This document shows, one piece after another, positions 10,741 through 24,530 of a DNA stretch of 64,000 nt. This DNA comes from Dudresnaya verticillata (taxonomy: Eukaryota), in contig OZ374558.1 in assembly GCA_977862235.1 (NCBI GenBank), positions 3,162,001 to 3,226,000 on the forward strand, in the 5' to 3' direction. The position numbers and the translations under genes are program-made. Position 1 is the stretch's first letter. Every line of letters starts with the position of its first letter. The notes under the pieces are model-generated. The model was not told where the DNA came from. It ran no database searches and worked only from the letters and a program-made list of their open reading frames with translations.

Positions 10741-13700
10741 CTTGCAATGTTATTACCTGCAGCCCTGGATGCGACTTAGAGGCTGTGGTGGAATAATTTA
10801 TTGAGACGGTCGCTTTGAGTGCGTTCGCATCGGAAGATTATGTAGAATGGAGCATGAGGGACTGTAGGAAAAAGGCGAGCAACGCCGGAAACTCTTGGCG
10901 CTGTCTACGAGGTGACAACATCTAGTACTACAATGCAACAACAATAGTTCATTAATATGAATATATTACCGCTCAACGAGCACTACATGTCCAAGTAGAA
11001 CAAGCCGGGAGTTTGGTACATCGCAGCGTTTAAATAATGAGGATAGCCCAACGCTTTCCCGCCCCCCGCTGCGAGACCTCAAAGCGAAACTGCAAAGCAA
11101 AACCATACGAGCACTTGCTCTGGTTTGAGGACCTGTCGCTCGGGACTTACAAGCGGTACTATGTAAGATTGGGTATGGTAGCAGGTGGACAGTGGAAACG
11201 GTAGCCATTAGTAGCACTCAACTGTATCTTGTAGCAATTTCATTGCTCACAGCAATGAAACCTCCATTTCCAGGTGCGGGCTGTTGTCGTGACGTGCACC
11301 TCCTCCTCGTGCGGCATGTCTCATTTTCTTCACTCGTTCGAGGGGCTCAAGGGTAATCCCATTCTATACATAAAGCAGTGTTTACTCGTTCGAAGGTTCA
11401 ATAAATTTTATTGCTGACCTTACCTTTTCGCATACATAAAGCCAAAAAGAACATTTACATTCACGCTATTCCCAGTAATTATCGTTTCCTGCACTCTGAG
11501 CTGCAAAAAATGGGGAGGCAGCGACGGAGTTTCCTTTCTGAAGGTCTACCACGCGCAGCAGCGGGGAGGCTCGAACACAAATGCAGGAGTGTATCTATCG
11601 GGTTGTTCCGAACCTCCCCGCGCGCTTCCTAATTCCTAACTTGTCCGTTCCATGTGGGCATCGTCCCTTCTTCTCCGACAAAGGCCGGAAAATATTCGGA
11701 GAATTGGCATTTGTTTGTATAGAAAGCCCGTGTACAAAGTGCTCACCAAGAAGGATTATGGTTTAGAATATGGTTTTGAGCTCTGAGAGCTGGACGAAGC
11801 TTGGGGCACTGGAATGTTACTGGAAGAACACGTAGTGCGACTTCCATTTTCAGTTTGTGTCTCGTCCTGGAGCAGCAACAACCCGATGCAACATCTACCC
11901 GAAAGGGGTTTCTACGGGTCTGTGCAACTTTGAGCACTAAATTTGGAGCTGCACTGTTTGGGGCTGAACCATATGGTGTTACCAAATTTAGAGGCGCTGG
12001 AGGGGATATAAGCACTGCAGTCCAGCTTAGACAACCCCTCCGTCTCCCCGAAGTTCTTTCCTTCGTTCTCCCGCCCACCCACCCTTCATCTTTCTTGACG
12101 TCAAGTCCTTCCTTCGTTTCCATCATTTCTGTTGAGCATTCTTGCTGTTTGTTGTTAGTCATTGCATTGACTACTCTTCTTCTGCAACAATAAAAGTAGT
12201 CATTTCCTTTTCACAAGGGAAACGCTCACAGATTTACGCTTTGGCAAGCCCTTTTGCTTTCAAAAGAATGTCATTTGCTTGTGAGACTACGTTCGCCGTC
12301 GAGCAATATACTCAGTGCCCTCCACCAATGATTGAGATTAGAAAATGTTTTGTGAGCATGCGGCTGACCTCAGCAATGGACCAGATTCCACAGTTGGAAA
12401 CTTTTCAATGTTGGCTTGTTTCTATCGAAAAGGTCCCGCTCCTGTGAAACCCAAAGCTGTAGGAAACAATGCGGGTTTTTGTGTCAAGTTACATGCATAC
12501 TATGACAGCTGTAATCTACCAGGATGACGCTGGTTTGCGTCAGTCTAGCTGTTTAACGGCTGGGTGGTTATCTATCATGCCGCACAGTTAGAATGGAAGA
12601 AAACACTTTGGGAAGGAGAATTATTGGTCATTTGTTCAAGGATCTGAAGCTTAGGGCAGAACAGGTAATCCCTATAGCTGGTATTTTAGGATGACCCCTA
12701 CACACCTCTTAGCATTGAGTTTGGACCGGATCCATGTTACCTAGGGGTAGGTCATGACAAACAGTAGAGTTTGAGAGTAGATTTTTTTGAGACTGGCGAA
12801 CAGTCGAAGAAGAAGCAGTATCCGCTGTGCGTACCAGAGAAGCCCATGAGGGTGACAGCCAAAACTGTCTCAACATGGGGTGCGTCACTTCAATTTCCTG
12901 GACCTGGACAGGGATAGATCACACCCTAGTGAGTGCGGGAGCTCTGGAGCTGTGTTGGCAAGAAGCACAATCTGACAACGTGGATTTTAACTCCGTTAGG
13001 CAATCGACGACCGAGAAGCAACATGAGAACCATAAACGTTGCTATAAATGTTTGGGACTCATCAGGTAATGATTAGAAAGTACTTGGTGCCTGCGTGGGA
13101 CAGCAGAGCACAGCCACGCCAGTGGCCATCGGTCCATCTATTAGTGATTCCGTTGCAGTTTGACAGTTGAAAGCTTCAGCGTGAATCTGAAGCAGCATAG
13201 GCAGTATCGGTCATTTTGTGAGGGCCTGGGTGTACACTAGGCCCTCATTCACTCAGCGTGCCAGAGTGGGGTAGCGTGTGTGGCCCAATAGGTGATGTAT
13301 CTGTCCCATGATCTAAGCGTTAGCCGGGGTCACACACAGCGATCCATGGGGAAGAGAATATCCAGCTGCCCAAAAAGGGGCTTCCACTCGCCTCACGCGG
13401 TATCTTCTGTCAGATGGCTGTCACTGCCTGCCACACGAACTTCCCGTGCTGTGAAATGCAAGATTGCAGTCATTCAGTTTCCATAACATCGTTAGGGTTA
13501 GAAAGTTACACCAATCAGAGCTACAATCATTTCCGATGACATTGTTACCTCCCTGAAATATCACAAGTCATTAGAGTGTCGCTGGGCGACAGTCTTCTGC
13601 CTTGTCTGCCACCCTTTAACCCTCCTCTTTTTCTCGAACTGAAGCCACTGCGCCCAGACGATCTGAAGTATCTGTTTTGTATCCTTGCGCAGTCGATCTG

Positions 13701-14783
13701 CCTATTTCCACAGGTTCGGAAACCGTCTTTCAATCTGCAATTGTGCATGTCTGCGTGAAACAGTGTCGTTATGTACGACAAGCCCTTAGGAGGGGTGAGT
13801 CTGGTAGCTGAAAATATCTTGGTCTAGCACTACGACATAAGTACTGCGCGAATCCTGCAAATAGAAGGGACACGATAGCGCCCCTTTCTACGAAGACAAA
13901 TAGTGGCTCTCGTCCGTTCTCTCCCGTTTTCTCCTCCAGCAAGCAGCTCTAGCTGGCCGCCCATAAACCAAGCGAAGAAGCGAACACTATGGGTCATTTG
14001 ATAGCTTGCAGCAGCAGACATGTCCTGTTCGACAGAGTGGCCGTAACAACGCAGCCATTCCATGCATAGCACCGTAGTATTGAATAGATGCATACTTTAA
14101 AGCATAGCGCTTCCCGGTGTAGATCTACAGCTTCATATCTTCAGATACAAACAGTTTGCTCATTCAGGGCAAACCTTGCATTTGTCTGTTTATGGGCAGT
14201 TTTCTGTCTACTGCCTACAATGAATCTTCATCATGCAGCTGCACATCCAAGCAGTTTCCTGCCTGCTGTCCGCCCAAGAAGGCCATTCAATGTTCTTTCT
14301 AGCTTCGAGTTCACGGAAAGGGGTTTGCGGTCTTCCGTCTTCAATCCTGCTGCCCACTGTGCCACTGACAATGACGCAGCGGCTTGGAACTGTTCGGCAA
14401 CGATGCGGGCCATCCCTGAGATTCCGGAATTTCGAACATGAGCCGGCGGTATGCCCGTTGTGGCTGTCACCTAGAAATCTGCGATATCACTTAGAAGTCC
14501 ACGTTTCACAGTCCACCAATCTGATGACTGCCACAATAGTTGTCGAGAGGGCGAGTATACCCTAGCCAGGCCGAACCGTTTTTGAAATGCGTTTGCCTGG
14601 CGTGCATAGCTGAAGCCGGGCGATAGCGCTTCAGCTTCTTCTCCCGGCACGCCAACCCTCTCTTCCTGTGTATAAAGACAACGAGCCGGTGTGTAGCACA
14701 CAGCGATCCCTCCCCTTCCCTCGACCACCCTCGCACTGCCAAACAGCAGAACAGAACCAAGCATCACCACCATTCAACGTAGC

Positions 14784-15218
14784 ATGAAGTTGCATTTCCT
14801 TCTCATTCTCTCCCTGGTCTTCTTGGCCTCGGCTGAGCAGGCTGAGTTCAACGTCGTTGAAGGCGTCAAGGAGATGATCGATGATGATCAGCTCTCGTTC
14901 ACCTCCCGCGGCATCAAGTTCAAGGTCAAGGAACAGCGAGTCACCAATCAGATAGATTGCCCGAAGATCTTCCAGATCCGCATCATCGTGACCTATACGA
15001 TCACCGTACTCGGTTTCAAGTGCGTCGTTCAGGTCCGCCGAAAGTGCTTCCCGCCTAAGAAGGCGCGCAGGATAGCGAAGAAGGACAGGAAGTGTATTAG
15101 GCGTTTGGTCCAGAGGAACTGCAACCCGAATGCGCCCGACAATCGCCTTAAGGGATGTGTCCTCGCGCAGATCAGAGCCTGTGCGCCGTTCGCCAACCTC
15201 AAGCAGCAGTTCCCGTAA
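14784..15218 (+). CDS. Small secreted basic cysteine-rich protein, 144 aa (diverged family member with acidic propiece)
   Basis: Signal peptide MKLHFLLILSLVFLASA, acidic segment ending TSR, then a basic 7-Cys domain. KCFPPKKARR..KCI...C..CAP aligns to the 119-aa family. TATAAA at 14671. Confidence 0.85.
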   Translation: MKLHFLLILSLVFLASAEQAEFNVVEGVKEMIDDDQLSFTSRGIKFKVKEQRVTNQIDCPKIFQIRIIVTYTITVLGFKCVVQVRRKCFPPKKARRIAKKDRKCIRRLVQRNCNPNAPDNRLKGCVLAQIRACAPFANLKQQFP

Positions 15219-17760
15219 GAAACTCTTCCTGAGTACCGGTAGTAGGCCGTTTGTGCAGCTACGTGATATAGTTCCTTCATCCCAGATGTTCTAGTAGACT
15301 CCAAACTGCTTTCTTGTCATCTCTATTGGCACAGAAAGTCTTCCTCGAGTAAAGCGGATCATTTCTTGCCCATCTCTGCAGATGTTATCAACCCTTCGTT
15401 GTTGTAGATGCAGAACAAAAGAACATCACGGTAATATGCTCCTATCGCCGGAGCATGAATGCGATTTACAAGTAGCAAAATAACACTGAATAGTGAAGAG
15501 GAATCTGAATTCTTACTCCATTTCATAGAAAAGAAGAAGGTTTGGTTGAAATCAGTAAACGCTGATAAAGGATGATAGTTGAACACCAAGTTTATAATGT
15601 TTTGCACATACGCGCCTCATCTTCAGGGCTCCAAGTGATATGTACACCAATGCTTTTCTAATATTATAATGAGTACCTGTCGATACGATTTCGTCATAAA
15701 GATGAAACGTCTACAAAAACAACTCTGTACTCTGCTGAATGTTCCATATTTATGTTCTACAAACATAATCTAGTTAAACCCATTTTATTGCTAAGTAGGG
15801 CGGGTAATTCACTGGGAACGCATAGGTACTCTCGTAGGCGAATTTAAAATGTCTGAAGTCCAAGGTGATAAGGATGGAAACCATGTATTGACGTACACTC
15901 GGGAAAGGGACAGAGTAGAATACGAATTGAAGAGAATAGAAGCTGTTGTGCACCGCCGGCATAGCCTACGGAGCGAGAGAAGAGTCAAGAGCACACAAAT
16001 GTTTGTCGAGTGGCGAGTCTTGCGATATTGTTTTTTTATGGATGCTGAAAGTCGTCCAAAATGGGTAGCTGGGGCCCATTTGAAGGCGCAGCAGAGTTTT
16101 GCAGGTCTTGTGGTGCTATTCAGATTCGTAGAAGATTTTACAATATATGCACTGTGAAACACAAAGTGTTGTCGAATTGTTGCATGATGCAGGGATCTCG
16201 AGGTCTACTGCTTGAAAGAGAACTTGATGGGTTCCAAGGCAATCACGATCTTTCATTGAGTAACCCGCCAACTCGTTTTGCAGTATTGCTCTCACGGTGG
16301 ATTTATTTTATGTCTTCCAAGATGGTTGAATCTATCTCTTAACCCTAAAATGAAATTAGGAAAGGTATCAGCAAGAACGAGTCTTCGAACATATTCCCAC
16401 AATAGGTTTATAGCAATAACGAATTATGGAGGCAGGCATAGGGTCATACGGTAGATGTGAAGGTGCCTGGGTATAAAGTATGTCAGAAAGTTCTCGTCAG
16501 CACTGAATTGACCCTATCTGACAAGAGATCGATAGGATGGTTCATCGATGCAATAGTAGGAGCATTTGTTGTATAATATTTAGCACAGAGAACAAATCCG
16601 TAGCTTGAATGTTCTCGTTCTGAAAACCAAGGCAGCGACTTTAGACTGACTCGGCAGACTTAACTGGGAGCCCATTATTGCGAATGTAGTTTCTCCTGCA
16701 AACCTAGCATAAGTTGTTTTTCTGACTGTAGCTGGAATTAATAGGCTGTTTAGAGCACAGGTGGAATGCATAGAGGCTATCTCTCTCTGGGCACAACCAA
16801 GTTCCCGACGGGACTGGACTAACATGCAGGAAAGACAGCGATGATGAACACTAACAGCAGCATGCTGAGCTTCGAAAGAAACTAAGCGAGTGAGAAGGGA
16901 ATGCTTTTCAGTGAGGGGTACGGAGCTATTGGTTCATGTTTCGATCGTGGTGCGCAGCGTGTGGCCACATTGTTAGTCATGAAGAAGGGGGCCTCCCCCA
17001 CTGCTGAGAAATTGTCCCTCCTCACTAGTCTCACTAGTCATTAGTTCTCCGGTGTGTTGCTGGGTCTGTTAATCGGCGTAAGCTGGTTGCCCGTCACCTA
17101 GGCCCTGATATTTTCAAAGCCCCCTTATGGGGCTAGTAGCATCTCGCTGAATAAAGTGCATCAGCATCTCTCAGCTTTCGGAAAATAAAAATACACGCAG
17201 TTCAACGCTATAGCTGTGGAAATCGTTTGCTGCCCCGTACCTTTGCTGTACTGAGTTTCATCGTGAGCATCGCAACATTATTGCAGAAAGACTTTGTTGT
17301 TAAACGTCAAAGAACAAGGATATGTTTCCAGCTGTTTGGGAGACCGCGACAAATGGTCGCGGTCTCGGTCTTCAACACAACGTTTCTCTGATCACCACTC
17401 CTTCCCAATACAACGATTCAAATAGCCATAGATACATGCGGTTGTCAGCCCTTGGTACGCAATATGTTCACAAGTCTAATGTTTATTGAGAATGCAACCC
17501 TAAACACTCTCTTGCATTTTCTGATTTGAGAAAAAAGGAGTGCGATGTGGTTGTGCACAGATGTGAACCAGCAAGCCAGAGCTTTTTCCAATGAGTGTCT
17601 CAGCTCAGCAGCAGCTCTCGAAATCGCTCTGCGCGACGGTGATAAATTGAAGGCACCGAGCCGACCTTCCTCTACCTTCTTCTCCTATGCACAGACGCGT
17701 TTGCCATTTCCAGAGCGCAATAGAGGGCAGCATCAGAAGTGATACTATTCTTGCTCAAAG

Positions 17761-18204
17761 ATGAAGTTGCATCTATTTCTAATTCCGGCCCTTCTTATGT
17801 TGGCATCAGCAACGAAACCGGACGCGGATGAAGTACCGAACAAGCCCAAGGACGTTGCCACGGGAGCACGTCTTCCATCTCTTTCCGGACGCAGCTCCAG
17901 TTTCACAATTATCGTTGGAAATAGAGTCACCCAGATTGGATGTGGAAAGAAGTCTACCGATATCCGCATCAATACGTTTTTCACTGTTCTCATCAATGGC
18001 TTCAGGTGTTCGGTCAAAGTGCGTCGAAATTGCATCCGTCCCTATCAGGCCTGGCGCATCTACCTCCAGGGCGTTTCGTGCACCACAGACTCGATTCTGC
18101 GAAACTGTAATCCTAATGCACCTGACAACCGCAAAAAGTTGTGTATCTTGGCCCAGATTAGATCTTGTGCCCCATCCGCCCGCCTCGTAGTGTTGCCGTC
18201 CTGA
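17761..18204 (+). CDS. Small secreted cysteine-rich protein, 147 aa, paralog of 14784-15218
   Basis: MKLHLFLI signal; shared RVT.QI.C, GF.C.V.VRR.C, RNCNPNAPDNR.K.C.LAQIR.CAP. Confidence 0.85.
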   Translation: MKLHLFLIPALLMLASATKPDADEVPNKPKDVATGARLPSLSGRSSSFTIIVGNRVTQIGCGKKSTDIRINTFFTVLINGFRCSVKVRRNCIRPYQAWRIYLQGVSCTTDSILRNCNPNAPDNRKKLCILAQIRSCAPSARLVVLPS

Positions 18205-19779
18205 TGGGTATTTTAATCGTAGCAGTACAAATTGCGAGCAGCATGCTGGATATGTTCGTGTGTGCTCTCGTAATGAAGAAAAGCGATTTAACAATGAATT
18301 GCTTCATCAAACAGCACTGGTTCTCAGGCGGTATTGTTACTAGCACCAGAAAAGAACATGCAAGTAGACACACATACGCTTCGACAGCAGAAAGGTACAG
18401 ACTGGGGGTCTACCGTGGGGCCCTTCAACAAAGGCGACTTAGGAAAGCCGTCCGTAACACAAAACATGAACATTCCCGTTCAAAACCGATTCAAAGTCTC
18501 AACAGCTAGTTCCGTTGCCGAACCCATCAAACATACAGTTGTATTAACAAATAAAATTTGTATATTTTATTTGTATAAACAAATAAAAGAATTAAGTTGC
18601 AGTGCATGCCGGGCAGCCACTGCGATTTTTTGGACTGTCTGTAAGTGAGATCCGTAGCACCAGCCCCTCTGCTGAAACCAGTGCTTTAAGAATCCGCTTT
18701 GTCGATATCAAGATTTAACTATCAATGGGCATCGTATCCGAGGCACGGTTTGCTGATTTGGTTCATGGGCTTTGAAGAGCGCAGCCATTCATCTGTTTTG
18801 TTAAAGTGTCAAAGTGTGATTGCGAACTTTTTATTTTTCTATAAATGTGCAAATATCAAGTTGCAGCTCCCCAGCCAAGGAAAAATACTCTTTAGTAGTC
18901 TAACTTGCTCGTTTACGTTCTGATGAGTCTGTTGCTAGACTCGAAGAACTACAAATGGACCTACGTGTGGACGACTGCGTAGCTTTGCACCTCGTCCGCA
19001 AGACTTCAAAGTCTCCACTGTCAGTCCCTATTATCTACACCCGGTAACCCGTAGTCGAATATCTGGGTAAGCTGTTGTTCGTCCTGAACATTTTTTAGGC
19101 TCTCGCATTATCTGTGTATGCGTGGCATGTTCGGAACGGACTTTCATGTAATGGTTAGCCATGTATTCGATCTGTGACACAGGACTTATTGGTGCCGGTC
19201 TCGACATCAGCATTTCTGCCCACATAGCCGGCAAGAAGACTAACTAGGTATGAAGTAAGAAACTCTGTTTATTTACCCCATGCTGTTCCATACGGCCATG
19301 CTCTACAAGCGTCTACAAGGAATTTCACAGTCAGACGAATCATATATTGTGATAGGAAAAGATTAAGAGGCTCAATTTGGTTAAGTTCTGCGAGAAGTAT
19401 TTTGCGTATAAAAACTCTTCACGCGGTGCATGGACGGCCTCTTCAAGGGTATCGTACGTTGCAGAAGCAATCACGTATACATGGCACGATGGATAGAGTT
19501 ATCCTTTCTAGCAAAAGAACGAGCTGATTTTAAGAGAAGTATTAGGGCGTCCGGAAGCCAAAATATGCAGAGCAGACTTGTCCACATTGCCCACAGCTCT
19601 TGCGATTTGGGCTTTCAGTGCAAACAGACAGACAGGTATCCCAACTCAGACTTTATGTTTTCTCACTAACACGCAGCATTTTCTGACATATCGCCCAGAG
19701 ACCTCTAAGAAACCTTTCGGAACAGAACAACTGTGGCAAAAGTAGACATCTATACGCATTCGCTTTTCTTCTACATCTC

Positions 19780-19780
<1 letters not shown>

Positions 19781-19810
<30 letters not shown>
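19781..19810. repeat. (AG)15 microsatellite
   Basis: Direct read. Confidence 0.95.
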
Positions 19811-19814
<4 letters not shown>

Positions 19815-19851
19815 ATTCGGCCGCAACTCCCAGCAGTGCAGCACTCATGTC

Positions 19852-20157
19852 TCAGACAACCTTGCACTGCGGACCAGTGATGGTGTTGCAGATCTTAATC
19901 CCTTCAATTTCGAACTCATTGCAAATGCCGATAACATCGCACATGGTCCCAGTAGGGCACGTGTACTTGCTACAAACGTTCTTGACGCACACGTCTCCAC
20001 AGCTGCGTCGGACAGGCTTGGGAATCGGAGATGGAGCCTTGGTGACTAACGTCAAATTCGGGCGGGGCTTGGGGGTGGCGAGAAGTTCACGAGCGTCTGC
20101 AAGAAGCAAGGAGACCAGGAGGAGCAGGATTGACGTGGTGGTGGTGATACTCGTCAT
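19852..20157 (-). CDS. Small secreted cysteine-rich protein (separate family), 101 aa, possibly truncated
   Basis: Hydrophobic signal (ILLLLVSLLLADA), Pro-rich linker, then CGDVCVKNVCSKYTCPTGTMCDVIGICNEFEIEGIKICNTITGPQC. Confidence 0.65.
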   Translation of the reverse strand: MTSITTTTSILLLLVSLLLADARELLATPKPRPNLTLVTKAPSPIPKPVRRSCGDVCVKNVCSKYTCPTGTMCDVIGICNEFEIEGIKICNTITGPQCKVV

Positions 20158-22072
20158 GGTGAGGATTAGATTGCTCAGACGACCTTGCTTTTCGAAATGG
20201 AAGAAGCGGAGACCAGAAAGAAACGTTGCGCTGTATCAAAGGAAAGCTGGGTTTGGATACTTGAGCCGAGAAAGAAGATGGATTTCTTTTTGTTATGCAA
20301 TGTGTACTTTTATAGTGAATGATATATAGAAATCTAGGCGTGATGCAGGACAAAGGCTTTGTAGTGGATGATGTAAAAAGGCAGAGACGGTTCTGTTTGT
20401 AGTTTGCATGGTCCTTCCAGACTCCAAGCATGGCCATATTCACGTCGCCGTTTCCGAAAAGGAGGGGGATTGATACCGTTTCCTTAAACCCGATATCTTC
20501 TCCATCAAAATTCTCATCAACACGTTCTTTGGGTTAGTTAGTAGCTCTAAGCCTTAACCAACATTTTGTCGGAGGTGCTCCGCTTTACAAAATTTGAGGA
20601 TTTACAGCAATAGGAGACAAGGAGTCTATAGATTCTGCTGGATGGCAAGGTCCTCCCAAATTTGTACGAGAGAAGGACATAATGTAAAGACGTGGTGGCG
20701 GACAGCTGTTTTCGCTGCGGGGGCATGTATCATCATTGTATCTGACACAGACTGTAATCTAATCTGTACACTTATCAAAGGATAAGTAATGAGGTACTAT
20801 TACGAAATGGTCTTCGTTTCCTCCACAAAGCAACAAAAAGGTCGTATGCTTGTGAAGGGGTCTACTCAGGGAACGCAAACATGTATGACGAAATGGTTTA
20901 CACTCCCTACACCCAGGCCAGAAAGGATGGTCATTGGACAATTGTGGTGTTGCGACGTAGATGGTTTGCTGCAGCGAGGTAACTTGCGTTGGATTGGATT
21001 GTCCATACTTGGAAGCAGTCTGAAATAGAGTACGTACATCATCACAGTCTTTTCCGGAGAACTACCCGCCATTCCTCAACAGCGACTCTTGCGAAGACGA
21101 GTTGCAATATGCTTCTCGCAACACACTTCAAGGTGGTGGAGAGAAGAGGACAGTAAACAGTGCTTTTCGCAATGTGGTGACGCTCTGAAACAACGTTTAT
21201 AATAATACCATAAAGTTCCCCATCCCTCTCTCTCACGTCTGAATGGGATACAAGCTGGAGCAACCAAAGGGATTGGGAAGTGCATCGGCGACCGCGGCGT
21301 TCTCTCTCACCGGCCTCAGCCACCGCAATAAACGAAAAGTTTCAAGCGGCAGCAATGCCGTCCTCTCCATTTTCGCAGTGAGCAAATTGCGCAACCAATA
21401 CGGTCGCGCCTCGCATCCGCATCAAATAGCTCGCAGAAGCCAATGCCGCGTGTGGAGGCTGTGCCCCTCAAGAGGACCGCGGACCGAAGCCCCCTCGGGT
21501 GGAACATCACTTTTCCCAAACTTTAGGCCTCGAAAGCACCGACGGTCGCCCACGAACCCCGCTGCAGCCGCCCGCGCTGCAGCCTGCGTCCGGTCTGCAG
21601 CTACCGCCGCCGCTCAGCGGCTCTGCATCCCAGCCGCGGCCCGGCATGCATATCCTCGCGCCGCCGTTTCCGGCTGGGCCCATCGGCGCCGCGTTGTGAA
21701 GAGACACGTCGCCGCAGTGCGCTGGTTTTGAGGCTGATCGCCGTGGCAGCCTCTGAGCGCATGCTGCAACGCTGTCTGCGACGCGTTACGACTGCTTCGT
21801 TCGGCAACTCGAATCCTGGGGGCGTTTCGGAAGTCTTGGCACTACTGGGGATAGGGCGGTGCCCCATTGCGCTGTGTTGCTGGAGTAAACTGTGAGACGT
21901 AGCGGAGGTCCTTTTCAACTGCCCCTTCTTGATTGCTTCTTTGCTGCCATGATAATGTTCCAGTGGCTTTTTTATGTTGAAACATTTCTTAGTTGCAACA
22001 GGAGCACCAGAAAACCGTAAGGAAGAGAAGTTTAGCGAAGAGCGGAGGTTGTGATTGTCTTTGGGCGATTCC

Positions 22073-22092
22073 ATATATATATATATATATAT
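22073..22092. repeat. (AT)10 microsatellite
   Basis: Direct read. Confidence 0.9.
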
Positions 22093-22997
22093 CAACTTTA
22101 CTCATGAGTAGCAAGAAGCTCCAAAAGGGAGCTTAAGGACTTCCACTCAATAGAGGGGAGAATATTTTGAGTCGATTGATGCTGACATCTACACATTGGG
22201 GAACAAGAGACATTACACGAATAGTAACTAGAAGCTTTTCTGCAGAAGAGGAGGTACCTTGCTTCACAGCCATGAAAGAAGCAAGAGACTGCATTCCACT
22301 TTCGAATCCTGTTCCAATGCGCCATATAGATCCAGAGTGAGGACTACACCCGACACTTCAGTCCCCTTCCCTTTCGCCCTCCTCCACTCCCCATACCCCT
22401 GCTGCTCCACGACGTTCCTCAGTACCCGCTGGCTCTCCAGCCCGCCCTTCGTTCACTGCCACTTGCACCACTCAGCCTGAGTGCTGCCAGTGTTCAGGGT
22501 CGGGCTTCCAACGCTTCTCATCTTTGCATACATCAAAGTCTTCGTCGCCGTCTACTACCACGTCGTCGCAACCGCCTCGAATCTACTGGCAGAGTTCTAC
22601 AATTCAATCTCCGAGCTCTATCACGAAGTTCGGGATAGGGCCGTTCGTAATAGAGCTCGGAGCTTGAATAGTGGCACGAACACCATGGCTGCACATACCG
22701 TGCCGTCGGAATGAAAACATTCGCCTAACGTTCCTGCTCGAGAAGCAGGATAATTCGCTCGATAACCCCATATATTGTCGAAAATGACATCTTCATCGAT
22801 GTTAGCACCGCCCTGCTCTCGAAGCAATATTCACATCTGGGTGGCTTGAAGAAGGCAGAAGAGATGGAGGAGATCTTCGGGAAACAGGAACTAGCTGACT
22901 GTCGTTCCGGGAGCAGGACGGTGCTACCATCGATGAAGTTGTTATTTTCGACAATTGTACTGAAGGTACCATCCATGAAGATGGTATTTTCGACAAT

Positions 22998-23172
22998 TGT
23001 AGAAACCTACTGAAGGTAGGATCTTACGTAGGGACCATCACAGCACTGCACCTAGCAAAGTCACAAGGAAACGGCAATAGCTTAGCGGTTTCTTTTTGCT
23101 TGATCCGCAATGGAGGTCGTGCGATCGAGTCCCACGGGTGCGTGCTCGTGCGAACCTGGAGTGCAGTCTATA
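22998..23172 (+). mobile_element. ~175-bp LTR-like repeat with tRNA-type A/B boxes, copy 1
   Basis: Starts TGTAGA, ends TCTATA, flanked by CAAT on both sides. Contains tagcttagcgg and ggaggtcgtgcgatcgagtcccac. Homologous to 27501-27683. Confidence 0.65.
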
Positions 23173-24236
23173 CAATACATAATGTTATTTACATGTGGTT
23201 ATCGTGCGAATCATACTGCTTCTCGAGGGCGAACTGTTGGCGATTTCTTTCATTCTGACGGCACTGTATGTGACGGATTTCGATGGAGCGGTGTTGAAAT
23301 CGCTGCGGGACAACGGACATTGTGTGGAGTGATGAGAGGGCGCTTTGGTCGGTTAAGAATGGCGTCTGGAATGCGTTGCAGCCGATAATCGCTCGTAATA
23401 CAGTGCCGGTAGCAAACGATCTGTGGCACCGAGATCCCCCTCCAGACGACAATGATACGTTAGATTTGCTTCACCTTCATCTCACCCACTCATTGCGCAC
23501 ATGGTGGAAGGGTGCTAGTTTATGCTGATAGATAGATGCGTAACAGCACCGCAAGACGTGTATATAGCCGAAGGGTATCCGGGCGCCGCCCCGTGACGAA
23601 ACCACTTCCGGCGGCCCGCTATGCCCCGCAATGCCACATACTGGTCCCATGTCCGCCGGAGTTCCAACACGTCTTTATTAAGACAGGCTTTGGCAGCTGC
23701 CGTGGCACAGCTACATACATGCTTCGCCTACAGATGACATTAAACGTTACGAGAATGTTTTAAGGGCCCTGGCATCGGCAACATAGGCGTGCAGCTGCAA
23801 TTACACCTTTATTGTTTCGATAGGTCGAAGCTTATCACGATCTACGCTCTCTGCTTCCGGAAGCCTGCCAAGGCTGAACTTGCCGGACTACTGTGCGACT
23901 CCATATTTCTGCAGAAACCCCACGGGGTTCGCTGGGCCTTGCTGTCGGAGGACACTCTACCAATGATCAATTGCAGAAATCCTTACGGCCCAAGTGGCCT
24001 CCCGCCAGACACAGACACGGAAGCAGGTACCTACATTTTTATGCAGCTATGGCGCCGATTACATGCAAGGTGCACCATACTTTCTATGACGGATTATTCG
24101 ATCTACTCGACTGACCTGCACCTGCATCCGGAATTCGGCTCAACATGTGTGGGACGATGTTTACAGACGATCCGGGCATTCAAACTTGTGTTGTGACCCA
24201 CTTTAAGGGTAAGTCTCCGTTTCGTCGTCTCACACG

Positions 24237-24530
24237 ATATCAGATCGACACAGTATTGTTAATAGATCTGACTTCCACTAATACCATAGTTACGTCTATA
24301 GTCTTCTAGTCTTTCTGAACTACAGCACTACGGTCTCAAGCTGAGACTACCAGGTCTATAAGAACCCTCAATATTATTGTACCTCTTGGTCTAAGGCAAG
24401 ACAATTTTACTCACTAGCACTACTATTTTCGCACTATATTCAACTTTTCTATATCAACATTTGATCTCCGTATCACTCTTGTATCTTCATATCTACCTTC
24501 TTCCTACCGTGTTCTCCTACTGTTTATTCA
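24237..24530. mobile_element. Truncated, diverged copy of the ~336-bp element (opposite orientation to the 9876 copy)
   Basis: atatcagatc..agtattg..tagtcttctag.ctttctgaactac..tctcaagctg..tataagaacc.tcaata matches the 47.9-kb copy. Confidence 0.75.

Noticed and set aside
12268..13486. WD40-like fragments (VTSISW..LVSAG; HAVSSVRW)
   Set aside because: Too short and interrupted to support without a profile search.
17340..17366. 11-bp perfect hairpin gagaccgcgac-aaatg-gtcgcggtctc
   Set aside because: Isolated; may be a transposon-end relic, but no partner terminus was found.
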